Source: an uncultured Planctomycetaceae bacterium (lineage in GTDB: Bacteria; Planctomycetota; Phycisphaerae; SM23-33). From it: a stretch of 12,682 nt of DNA. Location: NCBI GenBank assembly GCA_964646915.1, contig CAZYIH010000075.1:1-12682 (forward strand), read 5' to 3'. The notes beneath the pieces are model-generated. The model saw nothing but the letters and a program-made list of their open reading frames with translations. It was not told the origin of the DNA and did no database searches. Every line of letters begins with the position of its first letter. Position 1 is the first letter of the stretch. This document shows, in pieces, positions 1 to 7,913 of the stretch. The translations under genes were made by a program, and so were the position numbers.

Positions 1-8
1 CCGTTGCA

Positions 9-57
9 CGCGCCGCCCCCGGCGCGATAGCATAGGCGGTGCGGGCCGGTTCGGCCC
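9..57 (+). other. Two GC-rich stem-loops in the murA leader (9-26 and 42-58)
   Basis: cgcgccg-cccc-cggcgcg forms a 7-bp stem with a 4-nt loop at 9-26. cgggccg-gtt-cggcccg forms a 7-bp stem with a 3-nt loop at 42-58. Neither is followed by a U-tract. They could be a high-GC-style terminator of the upstream gene or murA leader structure. Confidence 0.35.
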
Positions 58-82
58 GGGCAATTCAGCGACATCCACGGAC

Positions 83-88
83 GGAGAG
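83..88 (+). promoter_or_regulatory. Shine-Dalgarno (GGAGAG) for murA
   Basis: GGAGAG sits 6 nt upstream of the ATG at 93. Confidence 0.6.
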
Positions 89-92
89 CGCA

Positions 93-1358
93 ATGGACAG
101 ATTTGTGATTCAGGGCGGGTCGCGCCTGCGGGGCGAGGTTCGCATCGGTGGCTCGAAGAATGCCACGTTGCCGATCATGGCGGCCGCCCTGTTGGCCGAC
201 GGACCCTCGGTGATTCACGACACGCCCGACCTGGCCGACGTGCGGGCGATGGCCGACCTCCTGACCGATCTGGGCGCGACGGTCAAACGCGACACCGACG
301 GTTCGATGCGTATCGACGTTCAGGACGAAGCCACCATCCACGCCGAGTACGAACGTGTGCGCAAAATGCGCGCGAGCATCTGCGTGCTGGGTCCGCTGCT
401 GGCCAAACGCCGTAAGGTCCGCGTGGCCATGCCCGGGGGATGCGCGATCGGGTCGCGCCCGGTGGACCTCCACCTGCGAGGCCTGCGCGCTCTGGGAGCC
501 GAGATCACCCTGGACAGCGGCGACATCATCGCCTCCGCCCGCAAACTCCACGGGGCGACCATCTTCCTGGGCGGACCGTTCGGCTCGACCGTTCTGGGCA
601 CGGCCAATGTCATGATGGCTGCCACGCTCGCCGAGGGCACCACCACAATCGAGTCGGCCGCCTGCGAGCCCGAACTGGAAGACCTGGCCAACTACCTCAA
701 CAAAATGGGCGCCCACATCGAAGGGGCGGGTACGCCGCGGATCACCATCGAGGGGGTCGACGCGCTGAGCGGCTGTGAGCACACCGTGATTCCCGATCGC
801 ATCGAGGCCGGTACGTTCATCATGGCCGCCGCTGCCACCAACGGCGAAGTCACCGTCAACAACGTCAACCCCCAGCACATGCTCGCCGTCACCGACCGCC
901 TCGAAGACATCGGCGTTCACGTGGAATTCAAGGACGAGGCGGCCACCGTCTCCAGCAGCCGACGCCTGGAACCGGTCGACGTGACAACCTACCCCTACCC
1001 GGGCTTCCCCACCGACCTGCAGGCACAGATCATGGTCCTGCTCTGCCTGGCGGACGGAAACAGCGCGATCACCGAGAAGATCTTCCCCGACCGGTTCATG
1101 CACGTGCCCGAACTGCTCCGCATGGGGGCCGACATCCGCAAGGAAGGACCCACCACGATCGTCACCGGCGTCAAGAAACTCATCGGCGCACCGGTGATGG
1201 CCAGCGACCTGCGGGCCTCGGCGGCGCTGGTGATGGCCGGCATGGTCGCACGCGGAACCACCACCGTCCAGCGCGTCTATCACATCGATCGTGGCTACGA
1301 GAGCATCGAGACCAAACTCAACGGGCTCGGGGCGAGCATCAAACGCCTCAGCGATTAG
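93..1358 (+). CDS. murA: UDP-N-acetylglucosamine 1-carboxyvinyltransferase (MurA), 421 aa
   Basis: Translation [37 protein letters not shown] is the canonical MurA N-terminus. The active-site loop [18 protein letters not shown] retains the catalytic Cys. The listed ORF starts at 39, but the ATG at 93 matches the family N-terminus and follows GGAGAG (83-88) at 6-nt spacing. GC3 bias is strong in this frame. Confidence 0.93.
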   Translation: MDRFVIQGGSRLRGEVRIGGSKNATLPIMAAALLADGPSVIHDTPDLADVRAMADLLTDLGATVKRDTDGSMRIDVQDEATIHAEYERVRKMRASICVLGPLLAKRRKVRVAMPGGCAIGSRPVDLHLRGLRALGAEITLDSGDIIASARKLHGATIFLGGPFGSTVLGTANVMMAATLAEGTTTIESAACEPELEDLANYLNKMGAHIEGAGTPRITIEGVDALSGCEHTVIPDRIEAGTFIMAAAATNGEVTVNNVNPQHMLAVTDRLEDIGVHVEFKDEAATVSSSRRLEPVDVTTYPYPGFPTDLQAQIMVLLCLADGNSAITEKIFPDRFMHVPELLRMGADIRKEGPTTIVTGVKKLIGAPVMASDLRASAALVMAGMVARGTTTVQRVYHIDRGYESIETKLNGLGASIKRLSD

Positions 1359-1435
1359 TACCGTTGCGCCGGGGAACTGTTGGGGACAACCCACCCCACG
1401 GCCACCAAGGCCCAGCGACGACGGCCTCGCCGACG

Positions 1436-1930
1436 TCACCGCTCCAGCATCGCACGCAGAGTGCGGGTCAATTCCTCGTCGATCTCGCCCGGATCGCCGG
1501 TGTGGCGGGCGAACTCGCCGATCGGGCCTTCCGCCAGGTCCGGGGCAACCTCCAGAAGCGGAACGCACACGAACGGCCGGCGAAGATCCGGGTCGGACAC
1601 ATCCCCGTCGTCGTCACGGTAGACCACGTCCAGATCGATCGGCCTGGGTGCATATCGGTTGGCTGACCTGCGACGTCCGAGCCGATGTTCCACGTCGCGG
1701 CAGAGAGTTTTCACAGACACCGTCGCGCCCGGCGAAACCACACACCACACGCCGTTGACGAATGGCGGCTGCTCACCGGGGCCCAGCGGCGCGGTACGGT
1801 ACACGGTGCTCACCGCGAGAACTTCAAACGAACGGGTCAGCAGCCCCAGGGCAGCGGGGATGTTCTCTCGCGGCTGAATGTTGGACCCAACGGCGAGAAA
1901 CGCCCTGCCACGCCCGCGAGAGTCACTCAT
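1436..1930 (-). CDS. folK: 2-amino-4-hydroxy-6-hydroxymethyldihydropteridine pyrophosphokinase (HPPK, FolK), 164 aa
   Basis: MSDSRGRGRAFLAVGSNIQPRENIPAALGLL...RYAPRPIDLDVV matches the HPPK pattern (AxLALGSN, QPxFxN, RWGPRxLDLDI-like). The start ATG (complement of 1928-1930) lies inside an ATGAGTGA overlap with the folB stop. The long upstream in-frame extension of the listed ORF (to 2263) is folB read in another frame. Confidence 0.88.
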   Translation of the reverse strand: MSDSRGRGRAFLAVGSNIQPRENIPAALGLLTRSFEVLAVSTVYRTAPLGPGEQPPFVNGVWCVVSPGATVSVKTLCRDVEHRLGRRRSANRYAPRPIDLDVVYRDDDGDVSDPDLRRPFVCVPLLEVAPDLAEGPIGEFARHTGDPGEIDEELTRTLRAMLER

Positions 1931-2297
1931 CGCGCCAACGGGTGATCTCCACCCCGACAGTTCTCGCGAACCGCAGTGCCGCGGGTTTGCGGAGCTCGAC
2001 GCGCACACCCCGGACCCGCTCGTCGCACCCCAGACACACCTCCGCGACCCGGGTGGCGAGACATTCGACCAGACGATACTCGGATGCCTCGCCCATCGCC
2101 AGGACCGCCTTCTTGACGGCCTTGTAGTCCACGGCGTCGGCCATCTCGTCCGAATCGCCGGCGGTCCGACAGTCGACAAAGAGGTCCAGGTCCACCACCA
2201 CGTCCTGTCGCTCGCGGCGCTCGTCGGGATTGACGCCCACGATGCAGCGGAATCGCAGTTCACGAATCAGGATCCGGTCGATGCTCGGTTCATTCAT
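1923..2297 (-). CDS. folB: Dihydroneopterin aldolase (FolB), 124 aa
   Basis: MNEPSIDRILIRELRFRCIVGVNPDERRERQDVVVDLDLFVD...DAVDYKAV is a classic FolB/DHNA fold signature. The start ATG (complement of 2295-2297) overlaps the folM-like stop in ATGAATGA. Confidence 0.88.
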   Translation of the reverse strand: MNEPSIDRILIRELRFRCIVGVNPDERRERQDVVVDLDLFVDCRTAGDSDEMADAVDYKAVKKAVLAMGEASEYRLVECLATRVAEVCLGCDERVRGVRVELRKPAALRFARTVGVEITRWRDE

Positions 2298-3048
2298 ACA
2301 TGCGCCCCTTGAGATGTCGCCCACCGTCGATGAACAGAAGCTGTCCGGTCACAAACGGGCTTTCCAGCAGAAAGAGCATCGCCCGGGTGATGTCATCGCC
2401 CCGGCCATGCGCGTTGAGTGGATTCGTGTGGGCCAGGTCCTCCAGGTAGCGTTCGTCCTGACCCGGTGGAGGCAGGATCAACCCGGGGCAGATTCCATTG
2501 ACCCGGACGGACGGGGCGAGCTCGCGGGCGAGCATCTTCGTGAGAGTCGCCAGCGTCCGCTTCGAGAGATGATACGAAGCGTGCTGCCGATCGAAATCCA
2601 CTGCCCGGGCGTCGATCATGTTGATTACGTCACCGCGTTTGCACCCCTTGGCCATCGCCCGGGTCAGGGACAGCGGCGCCATCGCGTGGATCTGCATGTT
2701 CGTCGCGAGCGACTCGGGGGTGACGTCGGCCAGCGTGTCTGTCGGGAATATCGAGGCGTTGTTGATGAGCACGTCGATCGGCCGGCCGGCCAGGTCGGCC
2801 GCCTCGCCCAGCAGGGATTCCGCGCGCGACGCGTCGGCCAGGTCCGCCTGCAGCGCGTAAGCGAGCCCGCCTTGGCGGCGAAGCGTGTCGACGAGTTGGT
2901 TGGCCTCGTCCCCGGAGCTGCCATAGTGAACCACGACCCGCGCGCCGCCGGCAGAGAGTGTCTCGACCATCGCGCGTCCTAAGCGGCGCGCGCCTCCGGT
3001 GACCAGGGCGGTTCTCTCGGCAAGATCGGTCGGGTTCGCGGCGGCCAT
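2290..3048 (-). CDS. folM: Short-chain dehydrogenase/reductase of the FolM/PTR1 (pteridine or dihydromonapterin reductase) type, 252 aa
   Basis: The N-terminal cofactor motif LVTGGARRLGRAM follows the TGxxRRxG variant typical of FolM/PTR1 rather than the classical SDR TGxxxGIG. The catalytic YHLSK (YxxxK) is present. The C-terminal VTGQLLFIDGGRHL resembles E. coli FolM VTGRSFPLDGGRHL. The gene sits immediately upstream of folB-folK and is translationally overlapped with them. Start ATG is the complement of 3046-3048. No obvious SD. Confidence 0.78.
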   Translation of the reverse strand: MAAANPTDLAERTALVTGGARRLGRAMVETLSAGGARVVVHYGSSGDEANQLVDTLRRQGGLAYALQADLADASRAESLLGEAADLAGRPIDVLINNASIFPTDTLADVTPESLATNMQIHAMAPLSLTRAMAKGCKRGDVINMIDARAVDFDRQHASYHLSKRTLATLTKMLARELAPSVRVNGICPGLILPPPGQDERYLEDLAHTNPLNAHGRGDDITRAMLFLLESPFVTGQLLFIDGGRHLKGRMYE

Positions 3049-3074
3049 TCGTTCGTTCGATTCGGCGGGGGCGA

Positions 3075-3794
3075 CTAGCGGCGTCTTCCGAAGATACGGA
3101 GCAGGTACAGAAACAGGAGGATGAAATCCAGATAGAGCGAGAGGGCGCCGAGGACGGCTCCCTTGCTCCGCGTTTCCTCGTCGCCGCCTGCCTCGGCCAT
3201 CATCTTGACCTTCTGGGTATCGTAGGCGGTGAGGGCGACGAAGATAATCACGCCGATGTAGGTAATGGCCCAATAGAGCGTTTCGCTCTGCAGGAACCAG
3301 TTGACGATCGAGGCCAGGATGATGCCGATCAGCCCCATCAATGCGAGGCTGCCCCAGCTGGTCAGGTCGCGTTTGGTGAAGTAGCCGTACGCAGCCATGC
3401 TGCCGAACACACCTGCGGTGATGAAGAACGTCGAGGAGATCGAGGCGGTGGTGTACACCAGGAAAATGACCGACAGCGTCAGCCCGTTCACCGCCGAGTA
3501 AAGCAGAAACAACCCCGTCGCAACGGTGGACGAGAGGTGGTTGATGCCCAGGGAGATCAACAGTACCAGCCCGATCTCCACGAGAAACAGCACCCAGGCG
3601 GACTCGCCTACCATCCGGGTCAGTCTGGGCGAGCCGGCCACCACCACAGCCATCACCGCCGTGAGGAGCAGTCCGGTGGACATCCACGCGAACACCTTCA
3701 TCACGAACGCCTTGACGGCTGGGTCGCTGGAGGTCTTGCCGATCGCCCCAAGCCGGGAACGGAGATTCGTCTCGCTGTGTGCGCCGAACTGCAT
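3075..3794 (-). CDS. Bax-inhibitor-1/YccA family integral membrane protein (FtsH modulator-like), 239 aa
   Basis: It has seven predicted hydrophobic helices and a family-like organisation, with a C-terminal charged tail (LRIFGRRR). AAGGAG (complement of 3801-3806) lies 6 nt upstream of the ATG at 3794. Confidence 0.82.
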   Translation of the reverse strand: MQFGAHSETNLRSRLGAIGKTSSDPAVKAFVMKVFAWMSTGLLLTAVMAVVVAGSPRLTRMVGESAWVLFLVEIGLVLLISLGINHLSSTVATGLFLLYSAVNGLTLSVIFLVYTTASISSTFFITAGVFGSMAAYGYFTKRDLTSWGSLALMGLIGIILASIVNWFLQSETLYWAITYIGVIIFVALTAYDTQKVKMMAEAGGDEETRSKGAVLGALSLYLDFILLFLYLLRIFGRRR

Positions 3795-3800
3795 GTGGTT

Positions 3801-3806
3801 CTCCTT
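3801..3806 (-). promoter_or_regulatory. Shine-Dalgarno (AAGGAG) for the BI-1/YccA gene
   Basis: The minus strand reads ggcAAGGAGaaccacATG. Confidence 0.6.
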
Positions 3807-3835
3807 GCCTGGAGCTGGGCCGATCGGCCGGGGTG

Positions 3836-4846
3836 TTACCGCTCTTTTACGCCTTCCTCGCCGAGTGTGGCGTCCCACTGATCGGGGCTGCGATAGTAGT
3901 CCTTGAGCATCATCGCCGCCACCACGCCGTCCGCGGTCGCCGTGGCCAACTGCATCGCGGCCTGCTGTCGACAGTCGCCGGCTACGAACACGCCCGGCAG
4001 CGAGGTCTTCAGCGTGGTCGGGTCGCAGGCGATGTAGCCCTGATCGTTCATGTTCACCGTATCGCGAAGGAAATCGGTGTTGGGGATCATCCCCACGAAG
4101 ATGAACACGCCGTCGACGGAGAGTTTTTCGGTCTGGTCGGATTCCACGTTGCGGATCACGGCGTGGTCCACCGCGTCGCCTGCCGACGTCGGGACGATCT
4201 CGTCCAGCACGTAAGGCAGCTTGATGTCGATATTGTGCTTCTCGGCGGCCTGGCGGAGCTCGTCGACCAGCACCTGCTGAGCGCGGAACTCGCGCCGCCG
4301 GTGGATCATCGTGATTTTTTTGGTGAAGCGGGTGGCCAGGTAGAGCGTATCCTCGACCGCGGTATTGCCTCCCCCCACCACCAGCACGTGTTTGTCGCGG
4401 TAGAAGGCTCCGTCGCAGGTGGCGCAGTAGCTCACGCGCGTTGCCTGGCGGAGTTGGTCTTCCCCGGGCACGCCGAGTTGCCGATAGTCGCTGCCGGGCG
4501 AGAGAATGACCGCTCTCGCCAGCAGCGTCTCCTCACCGCGGTTGATGCTGAGTTCCAGGATGGCGTCATCGCGCCGGGTGATCGAATCGACCGCCTTGTT
4601 GACCACGACCTTCGCGCCGAACTCGACGACCTGCTCTTTCATCTTCTCCACGAGTTCCATTCCGCCGACGTGCTTGTAGCCGGGGTAGTTCTCGATGGAC
4701 TCGGTGAGCATGATCTGCCCGCCGGGCAGGCCGTTCTTTTCGAGGATGACCGTGTCATAGCGGTCGCGCGCGGTATACAGGGCGGCGGCCAAGCCGGCCG
4801 GCCCGCCACCAACGATTGCCACGTCGTGCAATGGGTTTTCTGACAT
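3836..4846 (-). CDS. trxB: Thioredoxin-disulfide reductase (TrxB), 336 aa
   Basis: It carries the FAD motif VAIVGGGPAGLAAALY, the redox-active CATCDG (CxxC), the NADPH motif VVGGGNTAVE and the C-terminal FVAGDCRQ. The full-length ORF starts at its first ATG. AAGGAG (complement of 4859-4864) lies 12 nt upstream. Confidence 0.93.
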   Translation of the reverse strand: MSENPLHDVAIVGGGPAGLAAALYTARDRYDTVILEKNGLPGGQIMLTESIENYPGYKHVGGMELVEKMKEQVVEFGAKVVVNKAVDSITRRDDAILELSINRGEETLLARAVILSPGSDYRQLGVPGEDQLRQATRVSYCATCDGAFYRDKHVLVVGGGNTAVEDTLYLATRFTKKITMIHRRREFRAQQVLVDELRQAAEKHNIDIKLPYVLDEIVPTSAGDAVDHAVIRNVESDQTEKLSVDGVFIFVGMIPNTDFLRDTVNMNDQGYIACDPTTLKTSLPGVFVAGDCRQQAAMQLATATADGVVAAMMLKDYYRSPDQWDATLGEEGVKER

Positions 4847-4875
4847 ATGCTGGGGCGTCTCCTTGGTTAATGAGG

Positions 4876-6216
4876 TCAGTCGGTCAGCCCGCGGAGGATG
4901 GTCGTCGCGGCCCGGAAGGTGTTGACGACCTCCTTCCGGGTGGAGCGTTCAACGGCGAATCCGCCGGGCGACTCCATGCGAACGAGCGAGCCGTCGGGCT
5001 TGAGATAGAGCGTCGCCGGGTCTTTGTCCCAGTGCGACTGGTCCTGGCAGCGAATGGCCTCGATTTTCACATCCCCGATGCGGATCGTGGTGGGCTTGTG
5101 GACGATGAACGTCCGCATGTCGAACTTGTTCGTGCGCGAATTGTACGTCGCGAACGAGTAGTTCCCGGGCTTGGAGAGGTCCACCAGACGCGGCAGGATC
5201 ATTTCCATCGCCCGGGGAAGGAACCACGATCCGGGCAGGTCTTTTCGCTTGGTCGTGGGCAGGTCGCGCCCGTTCCTGGTGGCCGACGACATGATGATCT
5301 GGTCGCGCTGCAGGCCTTTCTCGCGGAACAGGATACGCTCTCGACCTGCGCCCACCCGAAGGACTTCTTTCCACGTCGAATACGTTCGCCCGACCGACGA
5401 AAACATCTTCGCCTCGCTGACGCGGAGCGGGACCTCGGGGATCTTCGCCCAACTGTGAGTGACCACGCTCAGCCCGTCCATTCGCTCCTCTCGGCCCATC
5501 TTTTCGACCTGATGCATCCAGCCGACAGGCTTGCCGTTGAGTTTCATGATCCGCCAGACGGGCTTGTCCTTGACGGCCTTGGCAAGGACCTCCTTCGTGA
5601 GAGCCAGCAACACCACCTTGCCATTGCGAAGATATTCCTTGCGCCGCTTCATCTCCTCGGCAGGGTCGTTGATCTTCGCGGTCTTCATCATGGTGCCCAT
5701 CGCCTGATTGAGATCCCGCTCCTTCTGCAGCGAACCGAAGATCGTGAACACCAACCAGCGGCCTGGCTTGATGCGGACCCAGTGCTCCTTCTGCCAGAAC
5801 TTCATCGCCCCGACGGACTGGCCGATCAGGACGATGCCCGGCTTTTCGTCCACCGACTCGAAGGCGACCTCGTCCACCCGGAACCGCTCCCGCCGCATCG
5901 CGTCTTTGCGGAGCTGCTTGGCGTAGGTCTTGATGTCGAACGTCTCGTTGGGGTCCACCTCGCGGGCGGCCTTGCGGACCGAGAAGGTCCAGACGATCGC
6001 GCCGGTCTTCGCGTCGCGCTTCATCCAACTCGCGAGATTGGCCGTGGCGCTCTTCACCTGCCGCTCGGTGCCCTCGATCGGCTGAAGTGAAAAGCCATTG
6101 AGCGGATCGCGGTAGCGAGCACCGACGTTCGTGTCGTCGGCGGCGAACGCCGGCAAGACCGTAGCCGCCAGGCAAAGACACGTAACGACGATCTCCGTAA
6201 ATGGTCTATTGGTCAT
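4876..6216 (-). CDS. Hypothetical exported protein, 446 aa, Lys/Arg-rich, no recognised family
   Basis: The N-terminus MTNRPFTEIVVTCLCLAATVLPAFA|ADD has an n-region, h-region and AxA signal-peptidase I site. Codon third positions are strongly G/C-biased in this frame. The two overlapping ORFs (4949-6181 minus, 4816-6090 plus) are not G/C-biased in this way, and their translations are R/G/P/A-rich or L/R/D/H-rich shadow products. About 37 Lys and about 45 Arg. I see no catalytic motif. Confidence 0.78.
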   Translation of the reverse strand: MTNRPFTEIVVTCLCLAATVLPAFAADDTNVGARYRDPLNGFSLQPIEGTERQVKSATANLASWMKRDAKTGAIVWTFSVRKAAREVDPNETFDIKTYAKQLRKDAMRRERFRVDEVAFESVDEKPGIVLIGQSVGAMKFWQKEHWVRIKPGRWLVFTIFGSLQKERDLNQAMGTMMKTAKINDPAEEMKRRKEYLRNGKVVLLALTKEVLAKAVKDKPVWRIMKLNGKPVGWMHQVEKMGREERMDGLSVVTHSWAKIPEVPLRVSEAKMFSSVGRTYSTWKEVLRVGAGRERILFREKGLQRDQIIMSSATRNGRDLPTTKRKDLPGSWFLPRAMEMILPRLVDLSKPGNYSFATYNSRTNKFDMRTFIVHKPTTIRIGDVKIEAIRCQDQSHWDKDPATLYLKPDGSLVRMESPGGFAVERSTRKEVVNTFRAATTILRGLTD

Positions 6217-6317
6217 GGCATCACCAGTGTGCTGAGAGCAAATGGATCAGTCGAACCCGACGCGGACTCCTGCCGCCAACCGGCGCAGCGGCCGGGATCG
6301 ACGCTCAACTCGCAACC

Positions 6318-6347
6318 ATTGTAGCATTCACGGACGGCGTGGGTCTA
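6318..6347 (-). promoter_or_regulatory. Candidate internal promoter (TAGACC-18-TACAAT) in the 128-bp gap upstream of the exported hypothetical gene
   Basis: The minus strand reads tagacc (complement of 6342-6347, overlapping the isomerase stop), an 18-nt spacer, then tacaat (complement of 6318-6323). It has the same architecture as the candidate upstream of GH42. Confidence 0.25.
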
Positions 6348-7103
6348 CCGCCCTTCGGCGAGTCCTTCGCCGATCATGTACGTCGCCGACTCGGCAACCG
6401 CCTGCATCATGTCACCGTCGCATTTGTCCAGTTCCACGATCAGCCATTCGATGCCGTCGAACTGGTTGGCCGCCTCGACCACCGCGGGGATGTCCATCTT
6501 ACCGGACCCCAACGCCAGCATGGCCGCACCTTTTTCCAGCGGGCCGTCCTTGATGTGAATGGACCGCGCCTTGGCGCCGACCTTCGTGACGAACTCGGCC
6601 GGGTCGTACTTGCCATGGTCCGCCGCCCAGTACGTGTCTATCTGCGGCCGAAGGCGCGGGGCCATCTCCAGCAGAATCTCGAACGCATGTCGGCCGTCAA
6701 TGAGCACCATCTCGTGATCGTGGTTGTGATACGAGAGCGTCATGCCCTTCGCCTCCAGCAGAGCGGCGGCGACGTCCAGGTCGTTGGCGAGCTGCTGGAT
6801 GGCCATCGGGTCATGGAAGCATTCCGCCGGGCGGTGTGGAATCACGATGTTATCGTACCGCAGCATGTCGGCCGACTCGGCGATCTCATTGACGTTCTCC
6901 GACGAGACGTCTCCCTGGTGCACGCTGGTGGCCTTGAGGCCGACGTCCTGGAGCATGTCGCGGACCTGTTTGGTCGTGTGGCCGTGCATGCCCGCCAACT
7001 CGACGCCCAGGTAACCCATCTCGGCGACCTTCTTAAGCGTGCCGGCCAGGTCGTCTTTGGCGGCGTCCCGAAGGCTGTACAACTGCAGTGCAAGTGGTTT
7101 CAT
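6345..7103 (-). CDS. Sugar phosphate isomerase/epimerase, xylose-isomerase-like TIM barrel family, 252 aa
   Basis: The beta-strand/metal-ligand pattern is typical of the family: LGVELAGMHGH, SYHNHDHE, IHIKD and EWLIVELD. GAGGA (complement of 7111-7115) lies 7 nt upstream of the ATG at 7103. Confidence 0.78.
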   Translation of the reverse strand: MKPLALQLYSLRDAAKDDLAGTLKKVAEMGYLGVELAGMHGHTTKQVRDMLQDVGLKATSVHQGDVSSENVNEIAESADMLRYDNIVIPHRPAECFHDPMAIQQLANDLDVAAALLEAKGMTLSYHNHDHEMVLIDGRHAFEILLEMAPRLRPQIDTYWAADHGKYDPAEFVTKVGAKARSIHIKDGPLEKGAAMLALGSGKMDIPAVVEAANQFDGIEWLIVELDKCDGDMMQAVAESATYMIGEGLAEGR

Positions 7104-7139
7104 GTCTGAATCCTCAGTTGGAAGTCCGGCGATGCGAAG

Positions 7140-7871
7140 CTATCCCGCCTCGCCGACGCGTCGGACGAATCGTTTGTAATCTTCGGGGGTATCGATCCCG
7201 GCACCATCGTAGTCCACCACAGCCACCGCGATGGAATATCCGTGTTCCAAGGCCCGGAGCTGTTCGAGTTTCTCAGCCTGCTCGGCCGGCGTGGACGGCA
7301 GGCGGGCGTAGGTCTTCAGAAACGCACAGCCGTAAGCGTACGCCCCGATGTGCAGCAGAGCCGCCGTCCCCGCCCCGTCGCGGTCATACGGGATGGCCGA
7401 CCGCGAGAAGTACATCGCCCTTCCGGTGAGATCGCAGACGACCTTCACGCGGTTCGGGTCGGTGACCTGCTCGTCGGCCAGGGGCGTGGCGAGCGTGGCC
7501 ATCTCGGCGTTCTTCTCGCCCAGCAGCAGCGCCATCTGATCGATACACGCAGCGGGGATGTCCGGCTCATCGCCCTGGATGTTCACGACGATGTCGTCCC
7601 CCGCCAGATCCAGCGCGTCGGCTGCCTCCGCAAGGCGATCGGTCCCGGTGCGACAGGACGCGGATGTCATCACGGCCCGACCGCCGAACCCCTCGACGGC
7701 CGAGACAATCCGTTCATCGTCGGTGGCCACCACGACGTCGTCCAGCGACGACGCCTCCCGGGCGGATTCGACCACGTGCTGGATGAGCGGCTTGCCCGTG
7801 TGGTCCAGCAACGGTTTGCCCGGCAGGCGCGTCGAGCCGTACCGGGCGGGGATAATCGCGATGGTTCTCAT
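7140..7871 (-). CDS. kdsB: 3-deoxy-manno-octulosonate cytidylyltransferase (CMP-Kdo synthetase, KdsB), 243 aa
   Basis: MRTIAIIPARYGSTRLPGKPLLDHTGKPLIQHV closely matches the KdsB N-terminus (IIPARYxSTRLPGKPL). The internal motifs VNIQGDEP and YGCAFLK are present. GAGGTGA (complement of about 7876-7882) lies upstream. Confidence 0.9.
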   Translation of the reverse strand: MRTIAIIPARYGSTRLPGKPLLDHTGKPLIQHVVESAREASSLDDVVVATDDERIVSAVEGFGGRAVMTSASCRTGTDRLAEAADALDLAGDDIVVNIQGDEPDIPAACIDQMALLLGEKNAEMATLATPLADEQVTDPNRVKVVCDLTGRAMYFSRSAIPYDRDGAGTAALLHIGAYAYGCAFLKTYARLPSTPAEQAEKLEQLRALEHGYSIAVAVVDYDGAGIDTPEDYKRFVRRVGEAG

Positions 7872-7913
7872 TCACTCACCTCTCGGGCGGCAGACCCGAT
7901 CCTGCCAATGTGC

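Noticed and set aside
39-92. N-terminal extension of murA ORF from ATG at 39
   Set aside because: The family N-terminus (MDRFVIQG...) and the SD point to 93. The extension overlaps GC hairpins in the leader.
4816-6181. Two alternative long ORFs (4816-6090 plus, 4949-6181 minus) overlapping the exported hypothetical gene
   Set aside because: The 4876-6216 minus frame has the GC3-biased codon usage and a proper signal peptide. The alternatives translate to R/G/P/A-rich or L/R/D/H/G-rich shadow sequences.
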